A DNA stretch of 58,441 bases, the filler included, from an uncultured bacterium (GTDB lineage Bacteria > CAZSTA01), in NCBI GenBank assembly GCA_964609495.1. It is 2 parts of 2 records of this genome, joined end to end, with 100 filler letters (N's around TTAATTAATTAA, not from the genome) between each part and the next. Parts side by side here need not be neighbours in the genome. Positions count along the whole stretch, not along the records: positions 1 to 29,270 come from CAZSTA010000022.1; 1 more part is not named here. The stretch is one strand, 5' to 3'. A program made the position numbers and the translations under genes. Under the pieces are notes generated by a model. The model worked only from the letters and a program-made list of their open reading frames with translations, searched no databases and was not told the DNA's origin. Positions 10,330-20,473 of the stretch are shown piece after piece. The first letter of the stretch is position 1; the number at the start of each line of letters is the position of its first letter.

Positions 10330-11277
10330 ATGCCTGAGGTCATATGTATGGGGCCGGTAGTAGCTGATGTGATAGTTCGACCCTTCGATCGATTGCCGGA
10401 GAAGGGCAAGGTGAGTTTGGTAGATCAGTTGGAGCTTCATCTGGGAGGCTGTGCCCTCAATCCAGCGATCGATCTAGCCAAACTGGGAGTGGGTGTGGGA
10501 ATCATAGGCAAGGTGGGAAATGACGGATTTGGCAGGTTTATCCTCCAGGAGATAGAGAAAAACGGAATTGATAGTGGAGGAATTAAGATCTCAGAGAGCG
10601 ATGGCACTTCCGCAACAGCAGTAATCGTCTCCTCCGATGGAGAACGTTCTTTGGTTCGATACTACGGGACTGATAATACTTTCAGTTTGGATGACATCGA
10701 TTGGGAATTGATCGAATCCACTAAGGTTCTACATATCGGAGGAGTCTTTATGCTTCCTAGCTTAGATGGAGAACCCACGGTCGAGATCTTAAAGAAGGCT
10801 AAAGAGTGGGGGATAACCACTTCCATAGGAACTGCTTGGTCATTGAGGGGATGCCCTTTTGAACTGATAAAGGATTACTTCAACTACACCGATATCTTTA
10901 TATCAAATTATGAAGAGGCGGAGAGTATCACCGGCAAAAGCTCGATAGATGAGATAGCTGATGCATTTTTGAGCTATTCTGCGAAGAGGACGGTTATAAC
11001 TTTGGGAGGGGAGGGTTGTTATATATGCACCCCTGATATGAGAAAACAGATATCTCCGTTCAAAGTCAAGCTCGTCGATGCTACCGGAGCAGGAGATGCC
11101 TTCATCGCTGGCTTCTTAACTGGAGTGGTGAAGGGGTGGGATCTCGAGAAGACCGCGATCTTTGCTAATGCAGTTGGCTCTCTCTGTGTAACCTCAGTGG
11201 GAGCGACTACAGGCATCAAGAGTTTAGAGGAGACTTTGAGGTATATTAAGTCCTCACATTCCTCGGATATCCCCTAG
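10330..11277 (+). CDS. PfkB/ribokinase family carbohydrate kinase
   Basis: GGCALNPA..LAKLG, GKVGNDGFG and DATGAGDAF motifs. Confidence 0.92.
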   Translation: MPEVICMGPVVADVIVRPFDRLPEKGKVSLVDQLELHLGGCALNPAIDLAKLGVGVGIIGKVGNDGFGRFILQEIEKNGIDSGGIKISESDGTSATAVIVSSDGERSLVRYYGTDNTFSLDDIDWELIESTKVLHIGGVFMLPSLDGEPTVEILKKAKEWGITTSIGTAWSLRGCPFELIKDYFNYTDIFISNYEEAESITGKSSIDEIADAFLSYSAKRTVITLGGEGCYICTPDMRKQISPFKVKLVDATGAGDAFIAGFLTGVVKGWDLEKTAIFANAVGSLCVTSVGATTGIKSLEETLRYIKSSHSSDIP

Positions 11278-11331
11278 AAATAATCTTATGTAGTCTTAAT
11301 CCGATCTTTAATTCCCAGTGGGAGGAATAAT

Positions 11332-12705
11332 ATGGATGATGAAAAACTTAATATCGGTTTCGTAACTATAGCTAGTAACCCTTATTTCGATATGAACTAC
11401 TCTAAGGAGATAGCGGATCGATCGGTATCCGCTCTGAATAATTTGGATGCCAATATCATAGTTTCTCCCCCGGTGATGATCACTGATGAATCGGCTATGC
11501 AGACTTTGACTAGCCAAGCGGAGATTAAAGGCCGGGAGACTGCTGATATGTTTAGAAGAAATGCGGTTGATCTCGTGATCCTTCAAAGCGGCTGCTTCAA
11601 TCTCGATAGCGTCGCCTTGGCGGTAGTTCAGGATATAGATGTTCCGATAATCATCTGGGCTTTTCCTGATGAGGTATCATCAGGGACTCTTCGGTCTAAC
11701 TCGCTCGCTGGGGCGATTAGCAATAACTCCGCTCTTGGCAAGATGGGCAAGGATACCCATTTTGTATTGGGAATGCCCGGGGATATCGGAGCTATGGAGC
11801 CGATTCGGAGAATAGCTAGACAAGTCAGCACCTTAAAGAAGTTGAGGATGACCAAATTAGGGGCGATAGGAGGGAATGATACCGGTTATTACGTGGCTGC
11901 TTACAATGAGATGTTACTCAGGGCTACCCTAGGAGTGGAGATCATTCACTTCGAGCTATTGGAGTTTTTAAGCGAATACGATAAGACCGATATGGAGGAG
12001 ACGCGACAAGCCGCAGAGAAGATGACAGAGGATAAGATATGTAATGTAGAGGAGAACGATCTAATTAAATCTGCCGCATTATATTTAACCCTCAAGAGAT
12101 TCTCGGAAGAGCGAGGACTGGATGCAATTACTATTCGCTGTTGGCCCGAGCTTAAGGATGAGCGAGAGTTAAATCCCTGTTTTGCAATATCTTATCTAGC
12201 TGATGAGGGCTTCGTAGTCGGTTGTGAATCGGATGTAAACGGGGCGGTGACTATGTTACTCCATCACTACCTCACTGGTCATCCCTCTTTCTTCGCTGAT
12301 CTAATCCGAGTAAATGAGAAGAGAAATACTGCTCTAATGTGGCATTGTGGCTCAGCGGCTTGCTCTCTAGCTAGAAATACTCATCAAGTATGCCTGGAGA
12401 AGCATTCCCTAGGAGGATCGACTACTGTGGATTTTGTGTTGAAGCCGGGAAGGGTAACTGTATCTCGTCTTGGGGAGAAGGATGGGAAATACCGGATGTT
12501 CGTAACCACTGGTGATGCGGTAGATACGGATGTGGCTTTAAGGGGAAACTGTCAGGAGATAATGTTCGATAGATCTGTCAGGGAGGTGATGAATACTATA
12601 TTCTCTCAGCATATTGAACATCATTTCTGCATAGGATATGGGGATATATATGAAGATATTTTAGGGGTATGTCGTTTGGCTAATATTCCAGTAATTACGG
12701 TATAG
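11332..12705 (+). CDS. L-fucose/L-arabinose isomerase family protein
   Basis: IRCWPE, GCESDVNG, WHCGSA, KPGRVTVSRL and EHHF motifs. Confidence 0.82.
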   Translation: MDDEKLNIGFVTIASNPYFDMNYSKEIADRSVSALNNLDANIIVSPPVMITDESAMQTLTSQAEIKGRETADMFRRNAVDLVILQSGCFNLDSVALAVVQDIDVPIIIWAFPDEVSSGTLRSNSLAGAISNNSALGKMGKDTHFVLGMPGDIGAMEPIRRIARQVSTLKKLRMTKLGAIGGNDTGYYVAAYNEMLLRATLGVEIIHFELLEFLSEYDKTDMEETRQAAEKMTEDKICNVEENDLIKSAALYLTLKRFSEERGLDAITIRCWPELKDERELNPCFAISYLADEGFVVGCESDVNGAVTMLLHHYLTGHPSFFADLIRVNEKRNTALMWHCGSAACSLARNTHQVCLEKHSLGGSTTVDFVLKPGRVTVSRLGEKDGKYRMFVTTGDAVDTDVALRGNCQEIMFDRSVREVMNTIFSQHIEHHFCIGYGDIYEDILGVCRLANIPVITV

Positions 12706-12728
12706 GATAGATTATCTCATTTTTCTGA

Positions 12729-14228
12729 CTAGGATAAGAGCTTATCCTGAATCTCAAGATAATCCTCGTAGATCCTTTGATATTTACCAACTTCTTCATC
12801 TTCAGGCTCGACTATAATCGTCTTGATAGAGCTTTGCCTCAAAGCATCATCATAATCGCGATATAAACCGCTCCCTATTCCAGCTAGCATTCCCGCTCCT
12901 ATCAATGCCATTTCCACGGTTTCTAATATCTGTAACCTTTTCCCCAAAATGTTGGCTATAAGCTGGCAGAAGAAGGGACTCTTAGCGCCTCCTCCGAATA
13001 GTATAACGCTTTCCACCTGGCTAGATAACTCCTGCACTATATCCAGATTAGCTTTTAGCTGGAAGACGATTCCCTCCAGAACAGCCCTCACCATATCAGC
13101 TTTATCAGTTGAGAGAGTTATTCCGTAAAAAGCCCCTTTAACGTTGGCTTTCCAGTAAGGGGAGGAAGCAGATGCTAGATGAGGATAAAAGAATATACCC
13201 CTTGACCCAGCGGGAGAGTTCTTAGCTAATTCGTTTAACTCATCGTAAGGGTCAGTTCCCTTGATCTTGGCTATCCTCTTCTCCTCTCCTCCTAAATTGT
13301 CTCTGAACCATCTATAGCTTGCTCCAGAGGTGGATACCACTCCCTCTAATATCCAGTGGTCCTTTAGAAGATAGGCACAACAAGGTATCCTCATCCTCCC
13401 ATCCAGCGATGGCTTGGCCGTAGTTGCCAGAATGGCGGAGGCTGTTCCTAAGGACATGCCGATCTTTCCTGCATCCATTCCCGCGCCTAAGGCGGCACAC
13501 TTTTGATCCTGCCCTCCTAATACCACCGAAGTTCCGACTGCTAATCCTGTCTCCTCAGCGATCTTATCATTCACCTCACCGACTATAATCCCCGACCATT
13601 CTAAATTCGGTAATTTCTCTCTTGGTATGGAGAACTCATCCAATAGTTTAGGGGACCAATTCGTCTCTCTAATATCGTAGAGAAGTGAGCCTGAGGCTAT
13701 TGAGTGATCGGTTATAAACTCCCCGGTGAATTTATAGAGGAGATAATCTTCCGCCATTAAGAATTTATTCGTCTGCTCGAATAATCTTGGGTTATTCTCC
13801 CTAAGCCAGAGAAGTTTCGGCAGCCCATAAATAGCATCTATTCTTCTCCCGGTGAGGTGAAATATCTCGTCGTTCGTGAACTTATCCTCTATCTCGCCAA
13901 TCTGACTCTCCGCTCTTCTATCCAACCAACAGATGGCGTTCATCAGAGGTTGACCTTCATCATCGAGTGGAACGAAGGATATCCCTTGCGAGCTTACAGA
14001 TAGAGCTTTGATCTCCTCGGCTTCCACCTCGGCTTTCTCCTTCGCCTCCTTTATAACCTGTTTGGTCAACTTCCACCATATATGGACATCTTGCTCCACC
14101 TCGCCTTTATCCCCTTTTAACAGAGGGTATTCGGCATAACTAGTCCCTAATATCCTCATATCTTGAGATAGGATCAGAGCTTTGCAGGCGGTAGTGCCTA
14201 AATCTATAGCTAGTAGTTTATCCCTCAT
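12729..14228 (-). CDS. FGGY-family sugar kinase (xylulokinase-like)
   Basis: AIDLGTT, WLDRR, GGQDQ, SLGTA and GGGAKS motifs. Confidence 0.9.
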   Translation of the reverse strand: MRDKLLAIDLGTTACKALILSQDMRILGTSYAEYPLLKGDKGEVEQDVHIWWKLTKQVIKEAKEKAEVEAEEIKALSVSSQGISFVPLDDEGQPLMNAICWLDRRAESQIGEIEDKFTNDEIFHLTGRRIDAIYGLPKLLWLRENNPRLFEQTNKFLMAEDYLLYKFTGEFITDHSIASGSLLYDIRETNWSPKLLDEFSIPREKLPNLEWSGIIVGEVNDKIAEETGLAVGTSVVLGGQDQKCAALGAGMDAGKIGMSLGTASAILATTAKPSLDGRMRIPCCAYLLKDHWILEGVVSTSGASYRWFRDNLGGEEKRIAKIKGTDPYDELNELAKNSPAGSRGIFFYPHLASASSPYWKANVKGAFYGITLSTDKADMVRAVLEGIVFQLKANLDIVQELSSQVESVILFGGGAKSPFFCQLIANILGKRLQILETVEMALIGAGMLAGIGSGLYRDYDDALRQSSIKTIIVEPEDEEVGKYQRIYEDYLEIQDKLLS

Positions 14229-15036
14229 CTCTTGTCAGCCCCTCAGTAAGAGAGATATCTCCCCTGTGAGAGTAAAATTCCCGAATAAACTTCACATAGT
14301 TATCTAGAATAGCCTCCATTATAGCTTCTCCAGTCTCAGCGGAGGCAACCGTAGGATCTCCATAGATACCGGTCTTGCTCTTCTGCACACCCCAGGTGGA
14401 CCAAAAGGCTTTCTTGCCTCCAACAAAGTTATCGCCAGGGATCGATTCGGAGTGATACTCCATCACATCTTCGGAGGTCGCTTTATCCATATCAACTTGC
14501 TGACCGAAGTATAACATAAGCGAGGTCTCCCATTCTCCGCCGTGAATGCTTCCTCCAACCTCCGATCGTCTTATCTGAGAATACCTCTCGGCGCTCATCG
14601 TTGCTGGAGAGGTTATGGCTACATATATTCCATATTTATCGGCTATCTCTCGAATAGCTACTCTTAGCAATCCATGGTGATGTCCATGAGCATCAATGAG
14701 CATTATCTTCTTAAAACCCATCTCGATTAGAGAAGCACATATATCAAAGATCATATCCATTACCGCCCTAGTTCGGACTCGGATGGTCCCTGGCCAGCGG
14801 GTCATCTCCTTGGTGGAATAGCCTGACCACACTGTGGGCATCACCAGTAAAGGTATCTCATCCTTTAACCTCTCCCCGACTCGCCTTGCTACCTCGGTGG
14901 CGATCATCACATCGGTCGATACGGGAAGATGTTGCCCATGCTCCTCGATCGTTCCCACTGGTAATATGATAAGGGTATTACGAGATATAGCGGATTCGAG
15001 CTTGGGCCAACTTTGATCGGCGAAGTATAGCGACAT
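14218..15036 (-). CDS. Creatininase-family amidohydrolase
   Basis: PVGTIEEHGQHLP..TD, HGGEWETS and GIYGDP motifs. Confidence 0.9.
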   Translation of the reverse strand: MSLYFADQSWPKLESAISRNTLIILPVGTIEEHGQHLPVSTDVMIATEVARRVGERLKDEIPLLVMPTVWSGYSTKEMTRWPGTIRVRTRAVMDMIFDICASLIEMGFKKIMLIDAHGHHHGLLRVAIREIADKYGIYVAITSPATMSAERYSQIRRSEVGGSIHGGEWETSLMLYFGQQVDMDKATSEDVMEYHSESIPGDNFVGGKKAFWSTWGVQKSKTGIYGDPTVASAETGEAIMEAILDNYVKFIREFYSHRGDISLTEGLTRDEG

Positions 15037-15048
15037 ATTAAAGCCTCC

Positions 15049-16365
15049 TCAATCGCAAGTTAAGGGCGTGATATCGAGCATCGAACAGATCCTTAGCAGA
15101 TCATCTTTGATATCGGAATAACTCAGAAGGTAGTGATTCGATACCACGTTCTTCAAAAAATCTCCGGAGTGATAATTTAACCTAACACGACATATAGGGA
15201 AGAGAGGTTTTCCTCGGTGATTCCTTCGATATCCCTCTTCTACTACTCCCTGAGCGATGTGCATTCGATACTTATCCTTCCCGGCCTCCAGACGAGCGAT
15301 CGTTACCGCTCCAGTCTTAGGGGCAGTGGAGAATACGACTCCCTCTTCTCCGATCTCGTGAATTTGTTGTTCGATCCTAATATCCCCGGTGGTTAGGGAG
15401 GGAGCTATGAAGCCACAGGAGGAGAAGTAGATATCCTTCCCTTCAGCATTTATAAAATCGGAGAAGAAGGAGGGCCTCATCGTCAATCCCTTTATAAGCA
15501 TCATCGTGATTAAGCCGTGAATATCGCCCTCGCAAGTAGCAACGCCTCCCTCCTCAACTATGAGAGAGAGGGGAATACAAACACAGCCGATAGTTCGTGA
15601 TATCTCGTGTTGACATTTGATAGTGATCGCATCTAACTCGAATTCCTCGATTATCTTTTCTAAGGCTATGTTCATCAGAATGCTGTTTAAAGTGGGCTCT
15701 TTGAGCTCATCTTTAGCTAGAGGATATTTCTCGACTAAAGCTTCATATCTCTTCTCAGCCTTATCAATCCCGATCTCCTCCATCTTCTTCACTAGATAAT
15801 AGTTATCTATATGAACAACCTCTGGACCAAGCTTATCTTTGACGCTCAGATGATCGAAGGTAGCGGTATACATCCCCATAGAGGCATACCCGATCAATCC
15901 TAAACGACTTCGGCGTAAATCCCTCACGATCTGGCTGGCTTTAGCCTCCTTCTTCAATACCTCTGTTATCTCCTCTGGCAATCCATAAGCCCAAGGGATA
16001 TCCAGCCCCATTCGCTCTATCGTTCCCTTAACTACTGCGAATCCTACGAGAGAGCCAGTGGACATCCCCTCGATCATCGGAATAGACCAGAGGAACATCG
16101 GACGATCCGATATCTCTTTAATCGCGCTTACTGGGACTGAGGCATTTATCCAAGTGCTGAAGAAGATCACCACTAGATCGGGGTCGCTTCTTAAAAGTTC
16201 TTTAGTCTTTCGGATGGATTCGGACATAGTGAAGGCTTTGCCGATGTATACTACCTCGCAATCCTTCTTTAACTCCTCCATAGCTTCCTCTAAGATGGGA
16301 TCAGCTATATCGTGAGGATAGACATCCATACAGACATTTATTATCCCGATTATCGGTTTTCTCAT
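15049..16365 (-). CDS. L-fucose/L-arabinose isomerase family protein
   Basis: IKCQHE, CEGDIHG, SCG, VTIARL and SNHY motifs; start ATG 16365 or GTG 16371. Confidence 0.78.
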   Translation of the reverse strand: MRKPIIGIINVCMDVYPHDIADPILEEAMEELKKDCEVVYIGKAFTMSESIRKTKELLRSDPDLVVIFFSTWINASVPVSAIKEISDRPMFLWSIPMIEGMSTGSLVGFAVVKGTIERMGLDIPWAYGLPEEITEVLKKEAKASQIVRDLRRSRLGLIGYASMGMYTATFDHLSVKDKLGPEVVHIDNYYLVKKMEEIGIDKAEKRYEALVEKYPLAKDELKEPTLNSILMNIALEKIIEEFELDAITIKCQHEISRTIGCVCIPLSLIVEEGGVATCEGDIHGLITMMLIKGLTMRPSFFSDFINAEGKDIYFSSCGFIAPSLTTGDIRIEQQIHEIGEEGVVFSTAPKTGAVTIARLEAGKDKYRMHIAQGVVEEGYRRNHRGKPLFPICRVRLNYHSGDFLKNVVSNHYLLSYSDIKDDLLRICSMLDITPLTCD

Positions 16366-16478
16366 AAACACTTCGCGGTTCGGAGATCCCCCACATTAGG
16401 CGAAGCATATCCGGATTTTTGATTGGGAGGAGGAGAACCGCTCTCCTTTCTCTTAAATTAAATGGTTTCAAATATTCG

Positions 16479-16596
16479 CTAGTGAGATCAAGATATAATT
16501 CCTCCTCACCCTATCCCACAAGGGGAGAGGGGATTCTTGAGAGAGGCGATTCCTCTTATTTCCCCCTCCCTTGACGGGAGGGGTTAGGGGAGGGTG
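16479..16596. repeat. REP/BIME-like two-hairpin element, copy 3
   Basis: Colinear with 10183-10286 (TTCTTGA spacer, TTATTTCCCCCTCCC..GGGAGGGG..GGGGAGGGTG). Confidence 0.85.
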
Positions 16597-16663
16597 TAAA
16601 GGAAACTTTTTAAAAAGGGAGCTTTTTTACCTTGAGTCCTATTTGAAGCAAAAGTTCCCTTTA
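16597..16663. repeat. Palindromic element with conserved loop CTTTTTTACCTTGAGTCCTWTTTGAAGCAAAAG
   Basis: Core nearly identical to 44395-44428; arms GGGAGCTTTT/AAAAGTTCCC. Confidence 0.75.
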
Positions 16664-16694
16664 TTTAAGGTGGGTTCGAGATCTAACAGGAGAG

Positions 16695-16751
16695 AAATCT
16701 TCAATAGCCCGATTAATTCGGCAAAGACCAACGGTCGTTGGAGTATGTCAA
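16695..16751 (+). mobile_element. Orphan IS200/IS605-type right-end hairpin ending in TCAA
   Basis: GGTCGTTGGAGTATGTCAA (16733-16751) is the exact reverse complement of 23407-23425; resembles the hairpin-GAGT..TCAA right-end form. Confidence 0.6.
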
Positions 16752-17293
16752 TCTACTAATTCGTATCCTCGGTGTAGCGCCTCTAAATTCATATCCTCAG
16801 TGCCTTCTGGGACCCTCGCTTGGATCGATTGTTCTAACATCTCGATGCTAACTATCCCTTTCTCCCTTACCCTAGCTAATTTGGCGATAGTTCCTAAAGC
16901 TACGATATTGGATATGATCTCATTTCCTATTTGACGAGCAGTCTGCGCTATAGGAAGGCGATAAATCAATCCTCGGGCGAATTCTATATCGCTTACATAA
17001 GTCGAATCCGCTATCATAGTTACGTATTTAATGGGATGTTGCAGATGAAAATTATAAGCCTGCTGAGACAGGATCAGGAGTATATCAGCCCCGATAACTT
17101 TGGGATAATCTATCTCTCCTTCACTTATGATCACATCAACTTGGGAGTTCACTCCCCGCACCCCTGCTCCGTGGGATTGGGTATAAGTCGCATTCTTCCC
17201 TTCTAGAACAGCAGCCTCAGCTAAGATTATACCTGCTAGAATAAGTCCTTGTCCTCCCAAACCACTCATTCTTATCTCGTAGCGGTCATCCAT
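16748..17293 (-). CDS. korC: 2-oxoacid:ferredoxin oxidoreductase gamma subunit
   Basis: EIRMSGLGGQG, IDYPKV and NIVALG motifs. Confidence 0.88.
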   Translation of the reverse strand: MDDRYEIRMSGLGGQGLILAGIILAEAAVLEGKNATYTQSHGAGVRGVNSQVDVIISEGEIDYPKVIGADILLILSQQAYNFHLQHPIKYVTMIADSTYVSDIEFARGLIYRLPIAQTARQIGNEIISNIVALGTIAKLARVREKGIVSIEMLEQSIQARVPEGTEDMNLEALHRGYELVD

Positions 17294-17308
17294 ACAATTT
17301 ACCTCTTC

Positions 17309-18187
17309 TTACAACTTGGCTTCCTTGCTCCTTCCACGCTTCATCTTCTTCGGTTCTAGACCAGCCAATTCCTTGGCTCTAGCTATTATCTTCTTCTCAT
17401 ATTCCTCGGTGAATTCTGGCTTATCAGGATCGTTTACGAACTCCCCAATCGCGAATTTACCGTCTAATTCCTCATCGGGGATCACCTCTCCGTCCTTGAC
17501 TTTAATAGCGCGATCTCGTTGCCACTTTAACATCTCCACTGGGGAACTGAATCCATTGAGTCTTCCGAAGTTGGTATAGCAATGGGTTATAACTTCTATC
17601 AGAGAGAAACCTTTGTTCATAATACCTCTCATAATCAGTCTGGTCAAGAGATGGACGTGATAAGAGGTGCTACGAGCAACATAAGTGGCTCCTGCACCTG
17701 CCGCTAATTTGCATATCTCGAAGTTATGCTCGATACTCCCATAAGGAGCGGTAGTAGCATATCCTTCATAGGGAGTGGTTGGAGAAGCTTGTCCTCCAGT
17801 CATCCCATATATTCCGTTGTTAAAGACGATGACATTCAAATCGAGATTACGACGAGCGGCATGGATCAGGTGATTCCCACCGATGGCTGTGCAATCTCCG
17901 TCTCCAGTGAGGACAAATACATTTAGGTTGGGATTAGCTAACTTTATCCCGGTGGCAAAAGGGATCGCTCTTCCATGAGTGGTATGTAGAGTGTTGAAAT
18001 CCAGGTAACCCGAAGCTCTTGCCGAACACCCTATCCCCGAAACCACTACTACATTATCTTTATTCAATCGTTTCACCCTATCTATCGCTCTGATAAGCGC
18101 TCCCATAATTATCCCGTTGCCACATCCAGCACACCAGATATTGGGAAATTTACCAGGGCGTAGATAGTTCAAGACCGCATTTGCCAT
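17309..18187 (-). CDS. korB: 2-oxoacid:ferredoxin oxidoreductase beta subunit (TPP-binding)
   Basis: WCAGCG, SGIGCS, HTTHGRA, GDGD..IGGNH and NNGIYGMTGGQ motifs. Confidence 0.93.
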   Translation of the reverse strand: MANAVLNYLRPGKFPNIWCAGCGNGIIMGALIRAIDRVKRLNKDNVVVVSGIGCSARASGYLDFNTLHTTHGRAIPFATGIKLANPNLNVFVLTGDGDCTAIGGNHLIHAARRNLDLNVIVFNNGIYGMTGGQASPTTPYEGYATTAPYGSIEHNFEICKLAAGAGATYVARSTSYHVHLLTRLIMRGIMNKGFSLIEVITHCYTNFGRLNGFSSPVEMLKWQRDRAIKVKDGEVIPDEELDGKFAIGEFVNDPDKPEFTEEYEKKIIARAKELAGLEPKKMKRGRSKEAKL

Positions 18188-18212
18188 ATCATCGCCCCTC
18201 TAAATCGGCATC

Positions 18213-20117
18213 CTATAGTTTGGAGTATTCACTTCGATATTTCCCCAATTGCATTCTTATAAACTCCTCGATCCTGGGAAGATAAAATACATCTAAGAAT
18301 CCGCCTTCCCTCGCTATCCCGCCTGCCTCCTCATAGCTGGATATGATCTCTCTAAGTTTCGTCTTCGCCTCTTCTTTTCTACCATTTTTAAGATCTTCTT
18401 CCATCTCATCTGTAAGTAATAGAGCGCTTCTTATCGAGCGGGCATACTCAAAGTTGACCTTTGCTCGGTTAACCCTTCTCTTCATTTGCCCATTACTGAT
18501 CTCGAAGGCTTTCTCCAGATACCCCTCGCACTTAGCTAAGAGCTTATAAGGGATAGTTTTTAGATAATCTGGAGAGTAATAAAGGCAGCACGAATCATCG
18601 CTCTCTACACCCTCTTTGAAGGTCGTAAAGTAATTGAACATCGCTTCTCCTGCCTCGCCATAGTAAGCTCTACAGTAGTCAGCTACGATATCCTCCACCT
18701 TTTGTTCTGTCTCCCAGCAAAGTCTGCTATAGGCATAAGCTGTCAGGTTATACTGAGCCCATTCCTCGGGTTTGTATTCGAGAACGAAACCATTTATCCT
18801 ATTTTTCTTATGATATTTGAGGTCTTGAGCCAGGATGTTCCAGGCGGGATAGGGCAAGGAGAGATAGTCCGGAAAGAGGTAGTATTCGAAGAGGATCAGT
18901 GGTCCTTTTGTTATCTCTCGCCACTTCTCCAATAATTCCCGGTATCTATTATTTCGGGGACAGGATTCGTGATATAGGGAGTGTTTTACACATCTCCTAA
19001 AGGGAGCGAAGGTTACTATAACATTCTCCGGAAGATCGAGATCGACAGGGGGGTCGATATAGTTATGATAAGCTAGAGAGCTGATGAGCTTATCTGGGTA
19101 TTCTTTGGAGATGGCGTCAGCTACCTGTTTGATAAAGCTGAAGTATAGGTTGGAGTAGGAGGGCTGTTGCGCCCAGAAGGATTCGAAATCTCCTCCTGTT
19201 TTATCGGTTGTATCAGCTATCCATTTAAACCCGCTTTGATCGGATGATTCCGGTGGTTTACAATTCTCGCACTCACACCAACCAAATCTGTCATTAGGGT
19301 AAAGTCCGATTATATCGATCGAGGGATTACGACGAATAAAAGATAATATTCGATCGATCACCTCTTGAACCAATTCAGGATTGGATAAGCATAATTGACT
19401 ATTAGGATTCCTCTTCCCGTCTATTAGAGAAAAATATTGAGGGTGTTTCTCGAAGTAATCCTTGGGGGGTATCCAGTAATAGAAACTATGATGGCTGGCT
19501 TCTAGGTCCAATCCCCTTCGTTTGATCTGAGGGATTATCATCCCCCTTGATTGTTCAAAGGATTCCCCCAAATTTAGGTTAATCATGAAGCAGCTCAAGC
19601 GATTCTTGCCCATCCAGTCTATCATAAGGTTTACTCTCTCATCTATTGGTGAGTAGTTGGTAAAGGATCTGTGAGAGAAATCTGGATTAGACTGGATATC
19701 AACGCTGTCTAAGGATATAACAGGAGAGTAGGGGATAACTTCTGTCTCCTTTCCCCAAGAGGGCCATCTTATCCTCAAGAACTTCTCTAAAAAAGCATAG
19801 ATGCCAGTTAGTATCCCTCGCATATCTTTACTGGCGATGATCAGGTTATTATCTGAAACCGAGATCGAATAACCACTTTTATCAAGGGAGGCAACCTTTG
19901 AACTTAATTCAGCTAGATCGAAGGTGAGGTCATCTGGCTCACTTACTAAGATGAGAGGAAAGGGATAATCTTCCACTTCAATCGTTATATCAAGCTTAGT
20001 TAGGGAGGCTTTATTTATATAATTGGATAGTTCCTTAGCGGCAAAGATCTCTGTCTCCGAAGCCGAAGAACGAAGGTGAATCTCATAGTAACTTGTTCTA
20101 TCTTTGGCTAATATCAT
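18213..20117 (-). CDS. DUF4838-like glycoside-hydrolase-fold protein
   Basis: FAAKELSNY, HPQYFSLIDGKR, QLCLSNPE, PND..GWCECENC and LAY..Y..PP motifs. Confidence 0.7.
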   Translation of the reverse strand: MILAKDRTSYYEIHLRSSASETEIFAAKELSNYINKASLTKLDITIEVEDYPFPLILVSEPDDLTFDLAELSSKVASLDKSGYSISVSDNNLIIASKDMRGILTGIYAFLEKFLRIRWPSWGKETEVIPYSPVISLDSVDIQSNPDFSHRSFTNYSPIDERVNLMIDWMGKNRLSCFMINLNLGESFEQSRGMIIPQIKRRGLDLEASHHSFYYWIPPKDYFEKHPQYFSLIDGKRNPNSQLCLSNPELVQEVIDRILSFIRRNPSIDIIGLYPNDRFGWCECENCKPPESSDQSGFKWIADTTDKTGGDFESFWAQQPSYSNLYFSFIKQVADAISKEYPDKLISSLAYHNYIDPPVDLDLPENVIVTFAPFRRCVKHSLYHESCPRNNRYRELLEKWREITKGPLILFEYYLFPDYLSLPYPAWNILAQDLKYHKKNRINGFVLEYKPEEWAQYNLTAYAYSRLCWETEQKVEDIVADYCRAYYGEAGEAMFNYFTTFKEGVESDDSCCLYYSPDYLKTIPYKLLAKCEGYLEKAFEISNGQMKRRVNRAKVNFEYARSIRSALLLTDEMEEDLKNGRKEEAKTKLREIISSYEEAGGIAREGGFLDVFYLPRIEEFIRMQLGKYRSEYSKL

Positions 20118-20319
20118 TTAATTTCTCCTTAAAAGTAGTTATTAAGATGGACTTCTCTCGCAAAATTGGAGAGGGTAACTTACTCCCAATCCTCTGAAAT
20201 TTCCTTTTAACCAAAGCTAAGAGCTATTTTGTCTCTACCCCCTTGCTTCATTGATCCTCTATTTTACATATTAAGGATCTCTAATATAATCTCATACTCC
20301 TCTCAAAGAGTATATATAA

Positions 20320-20348
20320 AGTATAGGGTAAATATCTGAAATTGTCAA
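20320..20348 (-). promoter_or_regulatory. sigma70 promoter for DUF4838-korB-korC
   Basis: TTGACA-N17-TATACT on the minus strand. Confidence 0.65.
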
Positions 20349-20473
20349 GTGTTTTTTGGCAAATCAATCTCCTAGCCTGAAGAGTAAGGATCTTCAAGCC
20401 ATATTCTATTTTTATAACATAAGTTGAGGAAAATTCAGTAGGATCTCTTAGGATCTATAAGATAGGAAGGCGG

